From: an uncultured Chitinophagaceae bacterium | GTDB lineage: Bacteria; Bacteroidota; Bacteroidia; Chitinophagales; Chitinophagaceae | Reading direction: 5' to 3' | DNA length: 64,000 nt | NCBI GenBank assembly: GCA_963788795.1 | Contig: CAWBII010000010.1 | Span: forward strand, 147,754 to 211,753 | Shown here: one piece after another, positions 56,514 to 64,000 of the stretch | Position numbering within the stretch: the first letter of the stretch is position 1 | How the letters are laid out: every line of letters starts with the position of its first letter | The notes under the pieces: generated by a model | Told to the model about the DNA's origin: nothing | What the model saw: the letters and a program-made list of their open reading frames with translations, nothing else | Database searches by the model: none | Translations under genes and position numbers: made by a program

Positions 56514-57432
56514 TTAGCTGCCGCTCTTTTTAAGCTTGGACATTGCCTCTTTTACTCCACTAATCTGATACTTTTCTTCGTTTACTTTTTTGATTACAAA
56601 TTTTAAAAGAATATCAATGTGTTTGGCTTTCTCTACACAGTCTTCTTCTGAAAATTGGTGGATACCACCAGAAAGTTGTTCATAAAGTAATTTTATTGGA
56701 TTGTCACCTAATTCTTTAAGTGACGTCGGAAGATATTTATTTATAACATCTATAAGTTTAGACATTTGATGATCAGATTCAAAAACTTTATATGCACTTC
56801 TAACATTATCTGCACCTTCAAATTCCAATTCAGAAATATCCTTAATTATTCTTTTAATTTCGTTTTCAATTATTCTTCTAAAATATGCATATGATCCAAT
56901 ACCAAAACTTACAGATAAGGTAGTTAACGCCTTTTTATAGTTTCCAATATCTTCTTCAGTTAAGTATTTTTGAATTACGGCTTCAGGTTCAATTTCATAA
57001 GGTGGAAATTGTCCGACTTTTTGAATATAAATGTTTATTCCTGTACCACGCTCTTCAAATCGTTTATCGGAAGTTGACTTTATTAAAAAATCAATTTTAG
57101 TCTTGCATGATTGACACACACCATAAACACGAGTTGTTATATCTAACATGGTAGTTTTTTTGTCAAAACAATCCGGTAAACAGTGTTCTCTATTTGCTTC
57201 GTCATTATAAATAGTTCTTCCAAGATATCTGTATTCACCTGAAATTTCTGTTCTGAAAGTTTGAATCTTCTTTCTCCTTTGGACATTTGAACTTAAAAAC
57301 CTTGTCTACAAAATCTAGAGGGTTAGAATAAGTATCATCGGAATTTTTAAAATGTTGAACAGCCTTTAATTTATAATATAGAGGAGCGTTTGTTAAGAAA
57401 TTTGCAAATTCAGCATTAGTAATTATGATCAT
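56514..57432 (-). CDS. Hypothetical protein with a Cys-pair N-terminus and HEPN/DUF4145-like C-terminus (frameshift near 57260)
   Basis: CQSC; GIGSYAYFRRIIEN; LYEQLSGGIHQFSEEDC. Confidence 0.6.
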
Positions 57433-57464
57433 GCTTCAAATTTAAAAATGGTTCTCCTAATAGT

Positions 57465-57515
57465 AGCTAATTCATAAATATACGCAACCCCAAGTTCAGA
57501 GAAGTATTAATTTAC
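57465..57515 (+). repeat. Family B left end (truncated)
   Basis: GCTAAT|TCATAAATATACGCAACCCCAAGTTCAGAGAAGTATTAATTTAC. Confidence 0.8.
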
Positions 57516-57572
57516 CAATGGTGGTATCAGCACCGTAAATTGCAAAGAGATAATCCACTTCCAACTGTTCAT

Positions 57573-57778
57573 ACAATATTACATTCATCAAAAACCATCG
57601 GAAAAAATACTTTTGTAATATTACAAATGGTCTTTGTCTGTCGTACAATGGCCTTTGTCTGTCAAACAAAATACTTTTGCAATATTACAAATGGCCTTTG
57701 TCTGTCGGAAAAAGTGCTTTTGTAATATTATCATGAGCCTTTGTCCGTCGGAAAAAGCACTTTTGTAATATTACATTT
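57573..57778. repeat. Tandem repeats of about 21/43 bp containing the palindrome TTTGTAATATTACAAA
   Basis: (G/A)(T/C)AATATTA(C/T) cores at 57573, 57615, 57679, 57722 and 57765, interleaved with ATGGCCTTTGTCTGTC. Confidence 0.85.
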
Positions 57779-58066
57779 TGCCCTTGTTCGTAAAATCCGC
57801 CCGTTTTTTTGTGGATAAATAACAAGCTGCTGCCGTAAAAAACAAAATTTTAACCCTTTTTGACACTTTTTTTACATTTTTAAGCAATTTTTTGCCGACA
57901 TCTGCGCCATGTTTATAAGCTGCAAAAGAGGAGAATGTAGTAAACAGGCTTCACTCCTGCAATACGTAATATTACCCTTGTGCGCAAAACCGGGAAGTAT
58001 CAATTTAGCAGCCTGTTCCATTGAACGGAGGCCGGGCAAACCGGTTTTAAACCAAAACCTGATATT

Positions 58067-58699
58067 ATGAAAAATGTTTTAAGTATTATGATCGCCAAAA
58101 TTACTATGGCTTTTGGCAGGCTTTCAGACCCAAAATTAATAACCAAGGCGCTTGCCATACTTACGGCAATGACGGACAACGTTAATTTTCCGACGCCATC
58201 GCCTGCGCTGGCAGACATTAGCGCTTCCATCACCGACTTCCAGGCGGCGGTGAATGCGGCTGCGCAAAGAGACCGCACAAAGGTGGTGCTGAAAAACCGC
58301 GCCCGTGTGTCGCTGATTGAGAATCTGAAATCGCTGGGTAATTATGTAACCTTCACTGCCAATACCGATAGCGCTATACTGAGCAGCAGCGGCTTCGATT
58401 TGCGCAAAAATCCACAGCCTGTAATTGTGGGTAAACCAATAGGACTGGTAGAAGACGGAATTAACAGCGGGGAGCTGATTAACAGCGCCGACAGCGCAAA
58501 AAACGGAAAGAGCTTTGTGCACCAGTACACTCCTGACCCATTAACGGAAGACAGCATCTGGACCAGCTACACTTCCACCTCTAAGAAGTATGTTTTTACC
58601 GGTCTCATAAGGGCACAGGTATATTGGTGCAGGGTGGGGGTAATCGGTGCAAAAAACCAGGTGGTCTTCAGCGACCCTCTTAGCAGGGTGGCACAATAA
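58067..58699 (+). CDS. Helical N-terminal domain plus fibronectin type III-like domain protein
   Basis: AMTDNVNFPTPSP, ILSSSGF, FTGL...YWCRV...FSDP; codon usage is visibly more GC-rich than the neighbours. Confidence 0.8.
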   Translation: MKNVLSIMIAKITMAFGRLSDPKLITKALAILTAMTDNVNFPTPSPALADISASITDFQAAVNAAAQRDRTKVVLKNRARVSLIENLKSLGNYVTFTANTDSAILSSSGFDLRKNPQPVIVGKPIGLVEDGINSGELINSADSAKNGKSFVHQYTPDPLTEDSIWTSYTSTSKKYVFTGLIRAQVYWCRVGVIGAKNQVVFSDPLSRVAQ

Positions 58700-58757
58700 A
58701 AAATAAGGTACGGAGTTTTATTGTCTGTTACCTTTCTAATTGTTTCTCATAAAATAA

Positions 58758-58787
58758 AAGAGCCACTTTAACCGGTGGTTTTTTTTA
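58758..58787 (+). terminator. Intrinsic terminator of the FN3 gene (similar copies at 59122-59152 and 59527-59556)
   Basis: AGCCACT-loop-GGTGGTTTTTTTT. Confidence 0.7.
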
Positions 58788-58850
58788 TGTTTTATGAGTG
58801 GATTCCAGGTTTCAAGTTTCAAGTTTCACGTCTTTGCAAGGAGCCTTAAT

Positions 58851-59390
58851 CACGTCTTTGCGAGGAGCCCGAATGGATTATCTTACAAAATTACTTTGCG
58901 GCGACGAAGCAATCTCCTTGCTGTAACATCTATTAGGAGATTGCCACAAAGTTTTCGGCAACATGTTTCTAACCCCAAAGGCTATACGCGAAAACTTTTC
59001 GCAATGACGGGGCAGTGGGTTTACAAAAAATCAATTAGTGTTTAGCAACCCTGTTAGCAGAGTTGCGCAATAAAAAATAAGATAAGGAGTTATATTATTA
59101 GTTATTTTTTGGACTCATAGCAAAAAAAGTCGCCCTGCAGGGTGGCTTTTTTGTGTTTTACAAGCGTCTAAGTTTTAAGATGTAATGTTTATTATGAAAT
59201 TGTCACAAAGTTTAATAATCACGTCTTTGCGTAGGATCCCTTGGATAGGAGCCGGGTATCTTCCGAAAACATTTTTTGCGGCTCCGAAGCAATCTCCTTG
59301 TTGAAACGTCTATTAGGAGATTGCCGCAAAGTTTTCGGGAAGACGTTTCTAACCCATTGGCTATACGCGAAAACTTTTCGCAATGACGTG
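58851..59390. repeat. Two family D palindromic elements (58851-59009, 59220-59390)
   Basis: CGTCTTTGCG...CGAAGCAATCTCCT...AGGAGATTGCC...CGCAATGACG, a REP-like nested hairpin. Confidence 0.85.
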
Positions 59391-59561
59391 AGCAGCGGGT
59401 TGACGAAGGCGGTGTGTTCACAAAAAATCAATTAGTGTTTGGCTACCTTGTTAGCAGAGTTGCGCAATAAAAAATAAAATATGGAGTTATATAGTTGGTA
59501 TAATGTTTTAAAGTTTGTTATAATATAAAAAAGCCACTCCTACCGGTGGCTTTTTTATTTT

Positions 59562-60263
59562 TTACAGGGCAGCATCAGCGCCTATAATATCAGGAACATT
59601 TATTGAAAGCAATAGTATACCCGAATAAACAAGGTTAATAATAGATATATTATTTTTAAGAGCATAGAGCACCAAAGCGGCCACTCCCTTCACCTGCAGC
59701 TTCTGCATAATATTCCCCTTGTGTTTTTCAACCGTGCGTGTGCTTATATTTTCTTTTGCTGCTATTTCCTTGGCAGTAAGATCGAGACAAAGCAGTGAAA
59801 GTATTTGTTTTTCCCTTGGCGTTAGTTGCGGCAGGGGAGTGGTAACTGCGTTTACGCAAACACCGTTATACGTCATGTTTTTATGAGTGCCTTCATGCAC
59901 GGCTTGTATGGTATTTATAATTTCTTCTTCTGTAGCGCTCTTATACAGCCATGCAAACTCTTCGGCTGTTTTCATGGCAACAACTGTTTCTGCATCGTTA
60001 TGGTCAATAATTATAATTACGGCTATGTGCGGAAATTCAGCAGCAAGGCATCTGCCCGCTTCCAGGTTATTAGCGCCGGGCATTGAAGTGCCTACCATCA
60101 CTACATCTGGCTGATGCAGGTTGCATAAACCTGCAAGGTCTTCACTGTTATTTGTTGATGCTGTTATTTCTATTCCCGTGGCGGCCTCAATTGTTTTTGC
60201 AAGTCCGTTTCTTGTTATAATATGAGCGTCTGCAATAATGAGGATTATTGGAGAAAGAGTCAT
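59562..60263 (-). CDS. NarL/LuxR-type response regulator with an atypical receiver
   Basis: IIADAHIITRNGL, PDVVMVGTSMP (Gly at the phosphoacceptor position), LTPREKQIL...KEIAAKENISTRTVEKH. Confidence 0.85.
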   Translation of the reverse strand: MTLSPIILIIADAHIITRNGLAKTIEAATGIEITASTNNSEDLAGLCNLHQPDVVMVGTSMPGANNLEAGRCLAAEFPHIAVIIIIDHNDAETVVAMKTAEEFAWLYKSATEEEIINTIQAVHEGTHKNMTYNGVCVNAVTTPLPQLTPREKQILSLLCLDLTAKEIAAKENISTRTVEKHKGNIMQKLQVKGVAALVLYALKNNISIINLVYSGILLLSINVPDIIGADAAL

Positions 60264-60345
60264 AGGCTTTTCACATGGTGCCAAAAGATAACGGATGCGG
60301 GAGGAGGGGTATTGTGTATTTTTTTAGTTGTAAGTGGTAAGTTTC

Positions 60346-60657
60346 ACGTCTTTGCGAGGAGCCCGAATAGGTTATCTTCTGAAAACATTATGCGGCGGCG
60401 AAGCAATATCACTGCTACGATGTTTATTATGAGATTGCCACAAAGTTTTCGGGAAGATGCTTCTAACTGTAAAGGATATACGCGAAAACTTTTCGCAATG
60501 ACGAAAGCGGTGGGTTCACGTCTTTGCGAGGAGCTGGAATAGACAATCTTACAAAATTACTTTACGGCTCCGAAGCAATCTCTCTGTAGTGATGTCTGCC
60601 ATAAGATTGCCACAAAGTTTCAAAACATGTTTATAACAGCAAAGGCTATACGCGAAA
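60346..60657. repeat. Two more family D elements (60346-60503, 60517-60657)
   Basis: Same CACGTCTTTGCGAGGAG...CGAAGCAAT...GATTGCCACAAAGTTT...TACGCGAAA motif. Confidence 0.85.
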
Positions 60658-60664
60658 TTATATT

Positions 60665-61562
60665 TCAATTCAGCATCCTGTACTCATTCGGCGATTGCCC
60701 AACCCATTGTTTAAACAAACGGGTAAAATGTTGCGGATATTTAAATCCTAATTCATAAGCAATTTGGCTAACTGATTTGCTTTGGTCAAATATTTTTTCT
60801 TTCGCCACATCAATCACTTTCGATTGTATGTATTCCTGCGCTGTTTTTCCTGTTTCTTTTTTTATCAGGTCACCAAAATAACCTGGCAGATAAATTCAAT
60901 TCGCCGGCACAATAAGCTACAGAAGGCAAACCAATTGTTTGTGGTTTGTCTGTTTGAAAATATTCGTTCAACAAATTTTCAAACCTTTCTAAAATTCCTT
61001 TATGAACATTATCACGGGTAATAAATTGGCGGTCGTAAAAACGGATGCAATAGTTCAGGAACAGTTCAATGTTAGATACAATCAATCTTTTACTGTGCTT
61101 ATCAATGGCATGTTCTAATTCGTATTCAATTTTTGAAAAACAATCCAACACAATTTTTCTTTCACGTTCTGATAAATGCAATGCTTCATTGGATTGATAA
61201 CCGAAGAAAGTATAGTCCTGGATATGCTTTCCAAGTGATGTGCCATGTATTAAATCAGGATGAAAGACCAACGCATAACCTTTCGGCTGATAGGTTTCTC
61301 CATTGCTATTCACGCCTGCCACTTGTCCCGGTGCAAGAAAAACCAGTGTGCCTTCCTGGTAATCATAAGTATGCCGGCCATAAACCAAATCACCGCATTT
61401 TACATCTTTTAAAAATATAGTGTAGAAGCCAAAATACATGCGGGAACCTTGTCGTGGATTTGCCTTCGATAAATCAACAACACTTACCAGCGGATGTAGT
61501 GTTTCATTATTGTTGAATGCATTGTAATCATTGATTGTTTCAAATCTTTTCATGTTATCCAT
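60665..61562 (-). CDS. AraC family transcriptional regulator (frameshift near 60885)
   Basis: LHPLVSVVD, YGRHTYDY, RFYDRQFITR, GLPSVAYCA; the HTH tail LGFKYPQHFTRLFK is in another frame. Confidence 0.88.
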
Positions 61563-61630
61563 AACACTATCGTTTTATCAATTTCAAAATTACTGCTTTA
61601 TTCATCCCTTCATTAATGAGCATTTCCTAA

Positions 61631-62570
<940 letters not shown>

Positions 62571-62642
62571 ATCAGGCAGAAAAATAATGAATATTCAATC
62601 TATTCAAAATATATTTATGATTCATTAAATAAAGCTCATCAC

Positions 62643-63831
62643 ATAAAAAAATATTAAGGTTCATTTTACTCTGTCAATTCATTTTATCCATACAATTACA
62701 TGCGCAATCACCGGTTGAAACCAAAGCGCCAAACAGTAATTACAAGCCTGCATTCAGCGGACAAACAAGAATTGCCGGCGTAAAAACAACAACACCATAT
62801 AAGGTTGAAAAAATAGCAGAAAAGCTCGGCCCTCCATTTGCCATTGTAACCATGCCCGATGGAAGGTTAATGGTAACCATAAAATCAGGCTACATGGAAA
62901 TTCATGATGCCAACGGTAAGCTGGTAAAAAAGATTACAGGTCTTACCGGATGTAGTTTTTGCAGGACAAGGTGGTTTGCTCGATGTGGCTTTCGACCCAA
63001 ATTTTGCAAGCAACAAAATGATGTATTGGAGTTATTCAGAAAAATATCAACAGGGTAATATAACATCCGTTGCAAAAGGAAAATTAAATGAAGCTGCCGG
63101 TAAAGTTGAAAATGTATCAGTAATATTTCGTGCCACACCTGCTACAAACAGCAACCTACAGTATGGTTCACGGCTGGTGTTTGATAAAGATGGAAATCTC
63201 TTTGTAAGTGTTGGTGAAAAATTTATCTCCTGAAGCCAGGGTACAGGCCCAACAATTAAATTCGTATCTCGGAAAAATAGTAAGAATAACAACTGACGGC
63301 AAACCTGCGGCGGGAAATCCATTTCTCAACAAAGCTGATGATAAGCCTGAAATATTTTCTTACGGGCACCGCAATCCGGACGGACTCGATATAAATCCTG
63401 CAACAGGTGAATTATGGGAATCTGAATTTGGTCCCCGTGGTGGCGATGAAATAAATATTATACGTCCCGGTAAAAATTATGGATGGCCTGTTATTACCTA
63501 TGGCATTGATTATAGCGGCAAAAAAATGGGTGATAGCATTCAGCAGAAAGCAGGAATGGAACAACCTGTTTATTATTGGGATCCTGTAATATCACCATGT
63601 GGCATTTGTTTTTATAAAGGTAACGCCATACCGGAATGGAAGAATAATTTATTTATTGCTGCGCTTAGCGGACAGCATCTTGACAGGCTCGTAATTAAAA
63701 ATAATAAAGTTGTTGGTGAAGAAAGATTGCTTGTTGATATAAATAATCGCTTTCGCGATGTAACGTATTTGAACAATATGTTGTATGCTATAACTGATGA
63801 CGGCGATATATATCGCATCAGCAAAAAGTAA
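62643..63831 (+). CDS. PQQ-dependent sugar dehydrogenase (frameshifted; start uncertain)
   Basis: KPAFSGQTR, GQGGLLDV, SYGHRNP, EFGPRGGDEINII.PGKNYGWP. Confidence 0.85.
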
Positions 63832-63861
63832 AATAGAAACAAAACAATAAAAAATAAACAA

Positions 63862-64000
63862 ATGAAAAAAGTACTGTATTTAATGATCGTATTCTTTGCC
63901 GCACTTTCTACTTCGGCAATGGCACAAGACAGTTCTATATTTCCAAAAGGTGAAATAGGCAAGAACACTGATAATTACACAGGAACTATCTGGCTTCAAT
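63862..64000 (+). CDS. Secreted protein, probably a cupin (3' partial)
   Basis: MKKVLYLMIVFFAALSTSAMAQDSSIFPKGE...NYTGTIWL. Confidence 0.6.
   Translation, partial: MKKVLYLMIVFFAALSTSAMAQDSSIFPKGEIGKNTDNYTGTIWLQ

Noticed and set aside
26496-57515. Repeats A and B as a CRISPR array
   Set aside because: Repeats are 100-170 bp, degenerate and separated by whole genes; no cas genes are present
57573-57778. Short tandem repeats as a mini-CRISPR
   Set aside because: The intervening sequences are themselves repeated, so there are no unique spacers
58646-59470. FN3 3'-end copies as diversity-generating retroelement TR/VR
   Set aside because: No reverse transcriptase is in the window and the differences are not confined to adenines
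58794-60542. ORFs 58794..59045, 59212..59435 and 60222..60542
   Set aside because: They are translations of palindromic D repeats with no coding signal

Overview
AT-rich bacterial DNA whose gene content (T9SS C-terminal domain, TPR sensors, the MEVHHHP protein family, lipoprotein signals) points to Bacteroidota, probably Chitinophagaceae-like (inference). No rRNA, tRNA or CRISPR array was seen. Many genes carry single-base frameshifts, most likely uncorrected long-read errors. The window holds a trxB-like gene end, an imuA-imuB-dnaE2 mutagenesis cassette with two CTAA-N5-TTAG boxes, a katE/YciF stress cluster, nagB-nagA and a six-PA14 T9SS protein. From about 9 to 57.5 kb, unrelated genes (usually one or two at a time) are separated by more than 30 same-orientation copies of four non-coding repeat families (A, B, C, E). 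Family B has a sharp left boundary at ...AAC|(T/A)(C/T)ATAAATATACRCAACCCC. Several bottom-strand genes start just after the resulting GTT core and stop within a few bases of the next repeat. This looks like an integron-like gene-cassette capture array, with no integrase in the window. Its cargo includes Shedu, HEPN/Abi-like and cyclase genes. Other notable structures are a tandem array of five genes with a constant 5' head and variable body, REPIN-like elements beside a RAYT fragment, relic copies of an FN3 gene 3' end, and a phased palindrome array. All calls were made by eye; no searches were run.
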